Notes: generated from the sequence alone by a model not told the origin. A stretch of DNA of 50,928 nucleotides from Planctomycetota bacterium (GCA_036160175.1 JAYYEE010000118.1:1-50928); one strand, 5' to 3'. Shown: positions 1 through 8,537, counted from the stretch's first letter. Made by a program: numbers and translations.

Positions 1-1
1 G

Positions 2-352
2 AGCCCGGTCTACTCGATGAACGACGAGGGCGGCGCGTCCTTCGCGGACGTCATCGAGGACACGAACACCCCGTCGCCCGAGGAGACCATCCTCGAAGCG
101 ATGGAGATCGGCCGGATGCACGAGCTCCTGGAGAAGCTTGATACGCGCGAAGCGCGCATCCTCCGCTTGCGGTTCGGGCTCGGGAACAACGAGCCGATGA
201 CCCTTAAGGCGATCGGCAAGCGCTTCGGCTTGACCAGGGAGCGGGTGCGCCAGATGGAGAAGCAGGCCCTGGCGAAGCTCGGTGAGGTGATGTCGCGCGA
301 GTTCGGGGAGGAGCTCCCGGCGCCGCGCCAAGCCAAGAAGACCGCGCGCTGA
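2..352 (+). CDS. Sigma-70 family RNA polymerase sigma factor, C-terminal part (5' end lies upstream of the window)
   Basis: Frame 2 is open from the window edge. The translation ...REARILRLRFGLGNNEPMTLKAIGKRFGLTRERVRQMEKQALAKLGEV is a textbook sigma-70 region 4.1/4.2 helix-turn-helix. Stop TGA at 350-352. Confidence 0.85.
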   Translation, partial: SPVYSMNDEGGASFADVIEDTNTPSPEETILEAMEIGRMHELLEKLDTREARILRLRFGLGNNEPMTLKAIGKRFGLTRERVRQMEKQALAKLGEVMSREFGEELPAPRQAKKTAR

Positions 353-378
353 CCTAGGACGGCGCGTCACGTAGGCTG

Positions 379-1524
379 TTGGTGATGCCTCGGTCGCTCT
401 ACGTGCACGTGCCGTTCTGTGTCGTGAAGTGCGGCTACTGCGACTTCAACTCGTACGTCGTCGAGGACCACGAAGCCCACGACCGCTTCCTCGACGCGCT
501 CGCAGCAGAGCTGGCGCAGCGGTGGCCGCGGGGCGAGCGCCCGATCTCGGTGTTCGTCGGCGGCGGCACGCCGAGCTTGCTCTCTGTCGACCGCTTGCGC
601 CGGCTGTTCGCGATCATCAGCGAGCGCGTCGACCTCGACGCGTGCCCTGAGGTCTCGATGGAGGCCAACCCCGAGAGCTTCACCGAAGACAAGGCGCGGG
701 CCGCGCGAGACGGCGGCGCGCGCCGGCTGAGCATCGGGGCCCAGACCTTCCACGCACACCACCTGCAGGCGCTCGATCGCGCCCACGACGCCGCGGGCGT
801 TGAGCGCGCGTTCGGGGCGGCGCGCGCGGCCGGCTTCGAGAACGTCAGCGTGGACCTGATGTTCGGGATCCCCGGCGAGACCTTGGACGAGTGGCGGAGC
901 GACCTCGAGCGCGCGCTGCAGCTCGGGACCGACCACCTGTCCTGCTACAACCTGACGTTCGAGCCTGGGACGCGCTTCGAGCGCGACCGTCGACAGGGAC
1001 GCGTCGCGCCCAACCCGCAAGAGCACGACCGGGCGATGTTCGAGCACACGCGCGCGCGGCTCGCCCAAGCGGGGTTTGAAGCCTACGAAGTCAGCAACTT
1101 CGCCGGGCGCGGTGGTCCCTGCCGGCACAACGACCACTACTGGCTGCAAGGCGACTACGTCGGCGTCGGCCCGGGCGCGAGCAGCCACCGCGCCGGCGTG
1201 CGCGCGACCAACCTCAAGGCGCTCGACGTCTGGGCGGACGCCGCGCTCGCGGGCCTGCCCTGCGCGGGCAGCGCGGAGACCCTGCGGCCGCTGCAGCGCG
1301 CGGCGGAGGCGCTCTGGCTCGGCGTCCGACGCACCGACGGCGTGGACGCTGCAGAAGTAGAGGCGCGGATCGGCGTGCCGGTGATGGAGCGGTTCGCGCC
1401 GATCTTCGCGCGCCAGCAAGCCTCGGGGTTGGTGGCGCTCGAAGGCAGCCGGGTCCGACTCGTCGGCGAGGGCCTGCTCTTGGCCGACCAAGTCGGGGGT
1501 GACTACCTCGAGGTCGCGATCTAG
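379..1524 (+). CDS. hemW: Radical-SAM HemN-like heme chaperone (HemW / oxygen-independent coproporphyrinogen-III oxidase-like)
   Basis: The N-terminus SLYVHVPFCVVKCGYCDFNSY carries the CxxxCxxC radical-SAM cluster in the HemN/HemW context. The 381-aa length is typical of HemW. The start could be TTG 379, GTG 382 or ATG 385. Confidence 0.85.
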   Translation: MVMPRSLYVHVPFCVVKCGYCDFNSYVVEDHEAHDRFLDALAAELAQRWPRGERPISVFVGGGTPSLLSVDRLRRLFAIISERVDLDACPEVSMEANPESFTEDKARAARDGGARRLSIGAQTFHAHHLQALDRAHDAAGVERAFGAARAAGFENVSVDLMFGIPGETLDEWRSDLERALQLGTDHLSCYNLTFEPGTRFERDRRQGRVAPNPQEHDRAMFEHTRARLAQAGFEAYEVSNFAGRGGPCRHNDHYWLQGDYVGVGPGASSHRAGVRATNLKALDVWADAALAGLPCAGSAETLRPLQRAAEALWLGVRRTDGVDAAEVEARIGVPVMERFAPIFARQQASGLVALEGSRVRLVGEGLLLADQVGGDYLEVAI

Positions 1525-1542
1525 CGGGAGCCCAAAATCAAT

Positions 1543-1567
1543 GCAGCCGGCCACGGGGGCCGGCTGC
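1543..1567 (-). terminator. Intrinsic-terminator-like hairpin between convergent hemW and the Met-rich gene
   Basis: Perfect 10-bp GC-rich inverted repeat GCAGCCGGCC-n5-GGCCGGCTGC. On the minus strand it is followed by ATTGATTTTGGG (U-rich tail), 24 nt after the stop of the 1591-3486 gene. Confidence 0.55.
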
Positions 1568-1590
1568 GCGTAGGCTTCGCCCGGGGCGGA

Positions 1591-3486
1591 TCAGAAGCCG
1601 CCGTCGAAGACCGAGCCGACCGCGACCGCGGCGACGAGCCCGCCCACGAGCATCGCGTAGGTCTCCGGCCCGAACGGCGAGACGCTGACGCTGACGCCGC
1701 CGTTGGCGTCGACCTTCGAGTAGCTCATCGACGCGAACAGGTGCTGCGTCAGTGACTCGGAGTCTGGGATCATCGACATGTCGAGCGGGACGTCCTCGGG
1801 CATCGGGACGAACGCGAGCACGCCGGTGAGCATCTGGTAGTAGCTCTCGAAGTTGGCCTTCCAGTCCATGAACGAGAGGCTGTTGATGCCTTCCGGGATC
1901 TGGTCGGCGACCGCCATGAACTCCTTGTTGGAGCGGATGTCGCCCTTCGGGTTGTCGTCCCGGCCCATGCGCTTGAACGTGCGCTTCACGTCGCTCGCCG
2001 AGAAGCCCATCACCATGTAGCCGTCCTTGAACGCGAACGTCGGCTGGAACATCTCCAGCGGGTTCATGCCCATGCCGTCCATCGGGTCGATGTTGACGAG
2101 CAGCTGGTAGCTCTTGAGGCCGCGCTTGGTCGCCTCCTCGAGCTCGACCATCCCCTGCGAGAGGGCGGCGATGTTCTTGAGCGCGCCGACCAGCTTCTCC
2201 TCGCTGTTCACCTTGACCAGGAGGGCCACTTCAGGCGCGGCCGAGATCGTGCCCATCGGCATCGACCAGCTGATGTAGTGGTCCCCGATCGAACCCAGCA
2301 GGTCGCCGCGGACGGTGAAGCCGAGCTGGCTCTCCATCTGCGCGAACTGCGCGAGCATCATCTCGGCCATGTTGGCGTCGTAGGCCTGGACGCCCTTGAC
2401 GATCATGTCGTAGATGCCTGCCGCGTCGAGCGAGCCCGCGCTGAACGAGACCGCGTCCTTCGGCACCCACTTGAGGAACGATGTGTCGACGGTGCGCGCC
2501 GCGCCCGTGGTGGCGGTGTTCGCCGCGTAGGCGTGCACGGACTTCGTGACCGACTTGCCGCTCTCGTAGCTCATCGACATGCCGAGCGTGCCCATGTCGG
2601 ACATGCCCATGGCCTTCATCGCGCGCTGGACGCCTTCGAAGTCGAGCATCGGCATTTCGACCATGCCGCCTTCGGTGGGGATGGCGCCGCCCATCTCGCT
2701 GAACATCTGCATCAAGCCCATGCCGCTGCTCATCAGCGAGTCGGGCGCCATGAACATGTGCAGCTCGGAGCCGTCCGTGTCGATCTGCTTGGCGGCCGCG
2801 GCGTAGCCTGCGGTCTGGCTCAGCACCGGCGTCTTGTTGACCCAGTTGGTGACGACGTCCTTGACGTCTTCGGTGAGCGTGCCGAGCACGATGCCGTTGG
2901 GGACCATCGCGACGTTCATCGACATCTCGAAGCCCGGCGGCGCGTTGTTCGGCGCCATGGTGACGGCCTTGACGTCGCCGATGCTCCACTCGGTCATCGT
3001 CATCTCGTCGCCGGCTTCTTGCTGCAGCATGCCCATCCCCATCTGGACGAGCGGCATCCAGGTCGCGGCCGCGTCGCCGAAGTCGAGGTGCACCAGCGTG
3101 CCGATCTTCGGCATCGGGCCGAAGTCGCCCATGCCGACCTCGATGTCGGTGACGGCGAGGGTGAAGCCTTGGACGCGCAGCTTCATCAGCGTGTCCGGGC
3201 TGATCGGCATCATCCCGGCCTCGTGCATCGCGCGCATCTCCTCCATGCCCTGGTCGATGCCCTCCATGGCCATCTCCATGACGTCGCCGATGAAGGCCTG
3301 CACTTCATCTTCGGCCCACATCTTGGCCATCGGCATCTGCTGGAACTCGGCCATCGACTTGGCCAGGTCCGGCGCCGTCATGGCCATCATCGTCTTCTTA
3401 GGCAGGTAAGGGAGCATGCCTTGCGCCGCCAGGGGGGCGGACAGCACGGCCATCGCGGTCAGGGAACGGATCGAGAACAGGTTCAT
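1591..3486 (-). CDS. Exported methionine-rich protein of unknown function
   Basis: 631-aa ORF. Signal peptide MNLFSIRSLTAMAVLSAPLAAQG. My manual count gives about 70 Met (about 11 percent) in MxM/MGMGM-type clusters, and no Cys. Hydrophobic C-terminal segment AMLVGGLVAAVAVGSVF. The alternative-frame ORFs over this region are Arg/His-rich junk. Confidence 0.8.
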   Translation of the reverse strand: MNLFSIRSLTAMAVLSAPLAAQGMLPYLPKKTMMAMTAPDLAKSMAEFQQMPMAKMWAEDEVQAFIGDVMEMAMEGIDQGMEEMRAMHEAGMMPISPDTLMKLRVQGFTLAVTDIEVGMGDFGPMPKIGTLVHLDFGDAAATWMPLVQMGMGMLQQEAGDEMTMTEWSIGDVKAVTMAPNNAPPGFEMSMNVAMVPNGIVLGTLTEDVKDVVTNWVNKTPVLSQTAGYAAAAKQIDTDGSELHMFMAPDSLMSSGMGLMQMFSEMGGAIPTEGGMVEMPMLDFEGVQRAMKAMGMSDMGTLGMSMSYESGKSVTKSVHAYAANTATTGAARTVDTSFLKWVPKDAVSFSAGSLDAAGIYDMIVKGVQAYDANMAEMMLAQFAQMESQLGFTVRGDLLGSIGDHYISWSMPMGTISAAPEVALLVKVNSEEKLVGALKNIAALSQGMVELEEATKRGLKSYQLLVNIDPMDGMGMNPLEMFQPTFAFKDGYMVMGFSASDVKRTFKRMGRDDNPKGDIRSNKEFMAVADQIPEGINSLSFMDWKANFESYYQMLTGVLAFVPMPEDVPLDMSMIPDSESLTQHLFASMSYSKVDANGGVSVSVSPFGPETYAMLVGGLVAAVAVGSVFDGGF

Positions 3487-3624
3487 GGTTGCTGCAGTCA
3501 GTTGGCAGGGAGGGCGCGGTGGACACCCGCGCAGGGCTTCATAGTAGACAAGGTAGCCGCCGATCCTGTCGCGACAACGGCCTCAGCCCCGCAAAAGAAC
3601 AGCGAAACGAGGCGCGCCAAGGGG

Positions 3625-4989
3625 TTAGCGGGCCTTCGAGATCAGCTTGTTGAGGTATTCAACGATGCTCTCCTGCTTGCTGTCGAGGAGCTTCTCGAAC
3701 CCGGTCAGGGCCTTGCTGGCGCTGCCCTTGCCGTCGGCGGACAGGGCGTTGGTGACGTTCATCAGGGCGTCGGTCGTCGTTTGATCGCCGCCGCGCATGC
3801 CATACGCGAGCATCAGGCCCGCTTGGTAGAGGTTGTAGTCGACCTCCTTCTGCGAGAGGTCCGGGCTGAGGTCGTAGTTGCTCAGCCATGACTTGATCGG
3901 GCCGACGCCGCCCTTGGCGAGGTGCTGCTTGCCGAAGCCGCCGGCGAGCTCGTCGTTCTCGAAGCGTGAGGTGAGCGTGCCGCAGCCGTGCACGAACCAC
4001 AGCGGCATGTCGGCGCCGGCTTCCGCGGCGACGGCGTTGACGTAGGCGATGGCCGCGGCGTGACGCAGCAGCAGCGGGCCCCAGTCCTTGCTCTCGAAGT
4101 TACAGACCGCGGGGCGTACGACCCCTTGATCGGGCAAGCGCATCTCGGCGTCGTCGCGGATCAGGAACGCGCCGACGATGTCGGTGCCGTCGCCGAGGCT
4201 GGTGCCCAGCTCGACGTACTCTGCGCGCGTCTTGGCGATGACGATGACCGGGCGGAGCGACGGCGGCAGCTCGCGTCCGCGGAACAGCGGCATCACGGTC
4301 TCTTGCCCCTGGTCGGCGAAGCGCTTGATCTCCTCGACCTTGTCGATGGGGAGCGTAGTGACCAGCGTGGCGTAGCTGGTGCGCACCATCCATGGGGTGC
4401 GGAGGTCGCTGTGGAACTTGTCGGCCTCCGCCTTATCGCCCCACTTGCCGCCTTCGAGCGGGAAGTAGCCGTTTTCGGCCTTGGAGAGGTCCTCCTTCTT
4501 GATGAACTGCCCCGTCACTGGGTGGCGCACCTTGCCGTTCTGGTAGGCGACCTTCTGATCCCTGGTGACCTTCTCGCCTTCGTGCCAGAACGTCCCCTTG
4601 CGCGCGTCCTTGACCTTCTCGGGCTCTACCCAGATGTCGTCGATCTTCTTGTAGCCCTTGGCGGAGTACTCGGCCTCGAGCGCCTTGGCCCGCAGCTTCG
4701 CGGCCTGCTTCGCCGGCATCCAGGCGCCGTCGACCTCCTCGTTCCCGAGCGCCTGGTTCGCGCCAGCGTGGTCCTTGTCGAACTTGAGCACGCGCTTGAA
4801 GATCTTCTCGGCCTCCTTCTCTAGGCCGTTCTCCTGGCCCCACTTGCCTGCCTCGAAGAGCTGGTCAGGGTCCTTCTTGGCGGCCTTCTCCATGGTCTTC
4901 AGCTCCTTCTTGAGCTTGGACTTGCTCTGGGCGGCTGCCGGGGCCGCGAGCAGCGAGAGGATGACGGGGATGCAGGTTGCGAGCTTCAT
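3625..4989 (-). CDS. Exported hypothetical protein (Lys/Glu-rich N-terminal helical part)
   Basis: 454-aa ORF with a clear signal peptide MKLATCIPVILSLLAAPAAAQ. The composition is protein-like, whereas overlapping ORFs are Arg/Pro-rich. I recognised no motif. Confidence 0.75.
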   Translation of the reverse strand: MKLATCIPVILSLLAAPAAAQSKSKLKKELKTMEKAAKKDPDQLFEAGKWGQENGLEKEAEKIFKRVLKFDKDHAGANQALGNEEVDGAWMPAKQAAKLRAKALEAEYSAKGYKKIDDIWVEPEKVKDARKGTFWHEGEKVTRDQKVAYQNGKVRHPVTGQFIKKEDLSKAENGYFPLEGGKWGDKAEADKFHSDLRTPWMVRTSYATLVTTLPIDKVEEIKRFADQGQETVMPLFRGRELPPSLRPVIVIAKTRAEYVELGTSLGDGTDIVGAFLIRDDAEMRLPDQGVVRPAVCNFESKDWGPLLLRHAAAIAYVNAVAAEAGADMPLWFVHGCGTLTSRFENDELAGGFGKQHLAKGGVGPIKSWLSNYDLSPDLSQKEVDYNLYQAGLMLAYGMRGGDQTTTDALMNVTNALSADGKGSASKALTGFEKLLDSKQESIVEYLNKLISKAR

Positions 4990-5030
4990 GGCGAGTTTGG
5001 GTGGCGGAGGGTCGCCGCCGGTTCAGGTGT

Positions 5031-5648
5031 CTAGCTTGGGTTCTTGCGACGGCGATGTTCGGGCATGAACCTGCTCCAAGAGTCCATCCGTTGGCTCGAG
5101 CGCAGGTTGAGGTATGGGGTCCAACGCGGACGGGAAGGCTCACGGAGCAGCCGCAGCCCGGCTTCTCTCGGCGTGCGGTCCGCCTTGCGCGCGTTGCATG
5201 CGACGCACGCCAGGACGCAGTTCTCCCAGGACGTCGCGCCGCCGCGCGAGCGCGGCCGCACATGGTCGACGGTTAGGTGGTCGACTTTGGCTTGGCGCCC
5301 GCAGTATTGGCAGGTGTCGCCGTCGCGGAGGAACAGGTTGCGACGGCTGAACGGCGCCTCGTGGCGCGGGACGCGGTTGTAGCGGGTCAACAGGATGACC
5401 TCGGGAGCGGCGATCAGCACGCCGGGCGCGCGGATCGCCGGCTCGCCGGGCGTCCCCGGCCGCTGGAGCCAAGCGTCGAAGTCATAGGTCGCCAGGGTCT
5501 CCGGGCAGATGACCCGCGCCGCGTCGCGGTAGACGGTGCAGAGGGCTCTCCGGACCGTCGTCACGTGGACGGGCTGCCAAGACTGGTTGAGCACGAGGGT
5601 GGCGCGCTCGAGCAGCTCGGCCCTTCGGACGGTCTCGGACACTTGCAT
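5031..5648 (-). CDS. HNH endonuclease (McrA-like, solitary)
   Basis: C-terminal CQYCGRQAKVDHLTVDHVRPRSRGGATSWENCVLACVACNARK is an HNH beta-beta-alpha-metal motif with CxxC...CxxC zinc ligands. The N-terminal LVLNQSWQPV region is typical of this small HNH family. Confidence 0.85.
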   Translation of the reverse strand: MQVSETVRRAELLERATLVLNQSWQPVHVTTVRRALCTVYRDAARVICPETLATYDFDAWLQRPGTPGEPAIRAPGVLIAAPEVILLTRYNRVPRHEAPFSRRNLFLRDGDTCQYCGRQAKVDHLTVDHVRPRSRGGATSWENCVLACVACNARKADRTPREAGLRLLREPSRPRWTPYLNLRSSQRMDSWSRFMPEHRRRKNPS

Positions 5649-5877
5649 GGCGGCGGGGACGGCCGACCACGGCCGCGTCGCTTCCTGAGTCTATGGCCCG
5701 GTCTAGGGTCGCGAAACCCTCACCGACGCATGTATCCTAGGCGCACGGTCGAGAGGCGGGGAACCGGGGTTCCCTGACGTTGCCTGTCCAAGCGGGCGTC
5801 GATAGACTTCTCGGCCCTCCAAATGCCACGTAGCGGCTCTACGCCGCTCGAAGTAGACGACACCTGAGGGAGCACCG

Positions 5878-6297
5878 ATGACGAAGATGCCTTGCTTGAT
5901 CGCCGCGATCGCGCTTTGCGGCGCGCTGATGCAGTCGTGCCAAATGGGCGCAAACCAGCCCGTAGAGGTCCATTCTCGGCAGTTTCAGGATTACATCGTC
6001 CCGTCTGGCTTCCGTCTACGTGACGACAACCACGAGAGCTACGCGCGCGAGGTCTCGTCGTGGCGCCATGGCCACTACATCTACTCTGGACGCAAGGAGG
6101 TCGCCGCGGCCGCGTCCTACGTCGAGGCCAACATGGGTCGCCACAGCTGGCGGCTCGTCGGCGCCGAAGAGGTCGACGGCAGCGGCAAGCGCTTGCAGTT
6201 CGAGCGCGGCATCTACACCACGGACTACTTGTTCCAGCGCGACGGCAACGTCACGCGCATGACCGTCGACTACAAGACCGACTACACCCGACTCTGA
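5878..6297 (+). CDS. Probable lipoprotein, unknown function
   Basis: 139-aa ORF. N-terminus MTKMPCLIAAIALCGALMQSCQ has a hydrophobic signal with Cys candidates for lipidation. GGGAG lies 6 nt upstream of the ATG. Confidence 0.6.
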   Translation: MTKMPCLIAAIALCGALMQSCQMGANQPVEVHSRQFQDYIVPSGFRLRDDNHESYAREVSSWRHGHYIYSGRKEVAAAASYVEANMGRHSWRLVGAEEVDGSGKRLQFERGIYTTDYLFQRDGNVTRMTVDYKTDYTRL

Positions 6298-6359
6298 TCG
6301 TCGAAGCCCGGTCCAGCAAGTGACGGGCAACGGCCGATAGTCCGCACTCGAATCCAATC

Positions 6360-7499
6360 ATGTCCGCCACTCCTCCTTCGAACCTGCAAGGCACCGAGAC
6401 GCCGAGCCCGTTTGAGGTCCTCTGGGAGCGATACAAGTCGCTCATCATGACCATCATCGCTGCCATCTTGATCGCCCTGGTCGGCAACTACGCCTGGAAG
6501 ACGATGGACCAGAAGGCGGTCGACGAGAAGTGGTCTAAGTTCTCTGCAAATATCGGCATTGCAGATACTTACGTAGATTTTGCCAAGGCCAATGAGTCGC
6601 TGACGACGGCCGTTGAGGGCATGGAGCTGGCGACGCTCGAGTCCGGTCTCGCCGGATCCGACGATACGCAGCGGCCCTACTTCCTGTTGGCGATCGCCCG
6701 CAAGGCGATGATCGACAAGGACTGGGATCGCGCGACGGCCGAGCTCACGAAGCTGGAGTCCGAGTTCCCGAGCCACTCGTTGGTCACCAAGACCAAGTCC
6801 CCGCCGCAGGGTCGGGATGAGATCAAGCCGGAAGACGGCGCGAAGCCGAGCGACATCCAGTTCGAGCCGAGCACCGAGGGAAGCGTCGTCTCGCTGATGC
6901 GCAACCAAATCGCCCAGGCCAAGGGCTTCGAGCGGCCGGCTGCGTTCCAAAAGCCTGAGGTGCCGGCAGACGCCGCTAAGGTCAAGATCACCTTCGGCGA
7001 CTACGGTTCGGCGACGTTCGCGCTCATGCCGCAGGCCGCTGAGCACACGAAGAAGTTCCTCGAGCTCGCGAAGCAAGAGGAGGGTGGCTTCTGGAATGGC
7101 CTGGCCGTGGACGAGATCCAGCGTGGCACGGAGAGCTTCGAGCGCCCCTACGCCATGCACTTTGGGTTCGCCTCCACCAGGGAGGATGACCGCACCAAGT
7201 GGACCACGACCGAGCCCAGCGAGAACCAGTTGGACTGGGAGGAAACGGGGCTCAGCCACTTTGAGGGCGCGATCGCGGCCCGCCAAGAAGCGGATGGCAA
7301 GTCCTGCGCGGACCGCATTTGGGTCTACATCGATGATCAGGCGAACCTCGACGGCAGCAACGTCGTCTTCGGCTACGTCGTCGAGGGCCTCGACGTGCTG
7401 CGGTCCATCTGCGAGGCCGGCATGTCGGCCGAAGAGGAAGACCGCGGCTTCGGCCGTCCGAGCGAGAACATCCGCGTCACCGCGGTGGAAGTCCTCTAA
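6360..7499 (+). CDS. Membrane-anchored cyclophilin-like domain protein (degenerate PPIase motifs)
   Basis: N-terminal TM helix LIMTIIAAILIALVGNYAW. The C-terminal 170 aa align by eye to the cyclophilin fold: KITFGDYGSATFALMPQAAEHTKKF..., ...LDGSNVVFGYVVEGLDVLRSI. However, the FHRVI and GSQFFI signature positions read FWNGLAV and ADRIWVYI. Confidence 0.6.
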   Translation: MSATPPSNLQGTETPSPFEVLWERYKSLIMTIIAAILIALVGNYAWKTMDQKAVDEKWSKFSANIGIADTYVDFAKANESLTTAVEGMELATLESGLAGSDDTQRPYFLLAIARKAMIDKDWDRATAELTKLESEFPSHSLVTKTKSPPQGRDEIKPEDGAKPSDIQFEPSTEGSVVSLMRNQIAQAKGFERPAAFQKPEVPADAAKVKITFGDYGSATFALMPQAAEHTKKFLELAKQEEGGFWNGLAVDEIQRGTESFERPYAMHFGFASTREDDRTKWTTTEPSENQLDWEETGLSHFEGAIAARQEADGKSCADRIWVYIDDQANLDGSNVVFGYVVEGLDVLRSICEAGMSAEEEDRGFGRPSENIRVTAVEVL

Positions 7500-7565
7500 G
7501 CTCTGCGCCGCGAAGCGCGCATCCACGCGCGCCGAGTGACCGGGCGCCCTTTGTGCTCGAGCGAA

Positions 7566-7603
7566 GCAGGGGGGCGCGGAAGCGCTGTGGCGCCCTCCCC
7601 TGC
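7566..7603. terminator. Imperfect GC-rich hairpin between convergent cyclophilin-like gene and parB
   Basis: GCAGGGGGGCGC ... GCGCCCTCCCCTGC inverted repeat (one or two mismatches) in the 110-nt convergent intergenic region. There is no clear U-tract. Confidence 0.3.
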
Positions 7604-7609
7604 CGATCT

Positions 7610-8353
7610 CTAGGAGTTCTTGAGCCTAGAGAAGAGCCGGTCGAGCTCCTCCCGGCTCCCGCACTCGATCACGATTTGGCTGCGCTTGCGCCCATACTTG
7701 ATCGTCACCGGAGTGCTGAGGGTGTCGACCAGCGTCTCTTCGAGCTCGTTGAGCCAGACAGGTCGGTCGCCCTTGCCCTTTGGCTTGCTGCCCGCGTCGC
7801 GCTCCTGCTTCGTGCCCTTCGAGCCTTCGAGCATGTCCTTCACCAGCGACTCGAGCGCGCGCACCGAAAGGTTCTGTTTGATGGTAGCGCCTGCCGTGAT
7901 CTCCATGGTCTCGTGATCGGGCAGCGCGAGCAGGCAGCGCGCGTGGCCCATCGAGAGTGTTCCACGTGAAACATGCGCCTGCACGGCTTGGGGGAGGTCG
8001 AGCAACCGAAGGAAGTTCGCGACGGTCGAGCGCTCGAAGCCGACTTGCTTGGCGACCTGTGCCTGGGTCGCTTGCATCTCGTCCATCAGCAGCTTGATGC
8101 CTTGCGCCTTCTCGATGGCGTTGAGGTCCTCGCGCTGGAGGTTCTCAACCAGCGCGAAGACGGCGCTCTCGTTATCCGACATGTCCCTGCAGAGGACCGG
8201 GACCTCCTGAAGACCTGCCATCTGAGCCGCCCGCCAGCGCCGTTCGCCGGCGACGATCTGGAAGCGATCTCCCACCTTGCGTGCCAGGATGGGCTGCAAG
8301 ATCCCGCTCTCGCGGATCGACTCCGCGAGCGTCTTGAGCTCGGCCTCCACCAT
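7610..8353 (-). CDS. parB: Chromosome partitioning protein ParB (as bounded by the first canonical start; the conserved N-terminal box continues in frame up to 8494, see findings)
   Basis: SGILQPILARKVGDRFQIVAGERRWRAAQMAGLQEVPVL is the ParB GERRxRA box, followed by the HTH region and GHARCLL. It lies directly downstream of parA. Confidence 0.9.
   Translation of the reverse strand: MVEAELKTLAESIRESGILQPILARKVGDRFQIVAGERRWRAAQMAGLQEVPVLCRDMSDNESAVFALVENLQREDLNAIEKAQGIKLLMDEMQATQAQVAKQVGFERSTVANFLRLLDLPQAVQAHVSRGTLSMGHARCLLALPDHETMEITAGATIKQNLSVRALESLVKDMLEGSKGTKQERDAGSKPKGKGDRPVWLNELEETLVDTLSTPVTIKYGRKRSQIVIECGSREELDRLFSRLKNS
7958..7973. promoter_or_regulatory. parS centromere-like site
   Basis: TGTTCCACGTGAAACA matches the 16-bp parS consensus TGTTNCACGTGAAACA at every defined position. 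It lies inside the parB coding sequence (codons HVSRGT). Confidence 0.85.
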
Positions 8354-8537
8354 CTCTTTGCGAGGCTGGTATGGGTTGGGATCGAGCGACGCGACCGGGA
8401 CCTTCGCGACCTCCTCACCGCGTGGCTGAGCCGGTGTAGCCTCTGCCGCTTGCGAGCTGGCTTGGGGCTTGCTGGCATCTGCGGCGGGCTTGCGCTAACC
8501 GGACAAGAAGAAATCGAGACCTCTACCTAAACGACGA

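Noticed and set aside
367-1554. Long ORFs antisense to or out of frame with the called genes. Examples are 367-1554 (-), 2278-3891 (+), 6282-7526 (-), 9978-10787 (-), 11911-13044 (-), 27609-28928 (-), 36069-37427 (-), 42098-43612 (-), 45366-46217 (-) and 46965-47897 (+).
   Set aside because: Their translations are Arg/Ala/Pro/Gly/His-rich low-complexity strings with no motifs. This is the expected artefact of stop-codon-poor alternative frames in high-GC DNA. In each case the partner frame carries clear domains or signal peptides.
5031-5648. The HNH endonuclease as part of a restriction/defence island or a mobile element.
   Set aside because: It is solitary. There is no methyltransferase, helicase, integrase, flanking repeat or compositional shift, and the neighbours are ordinary exported proteins. 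This small HNH architecture is widespread as a stand-alone chromosomal gene.
5759-5774. A short palindrome GGGAACC-GG-GGTTCCC and nearby 5-6-bp inverted repeats in the HNH/lipoprotein divergent intergenic region.
   Set aside because: They are too short and GC-rich to distinguish from chance in this composition, and there is no second copy elsewhere in the window. I noted them only as a possible operator.
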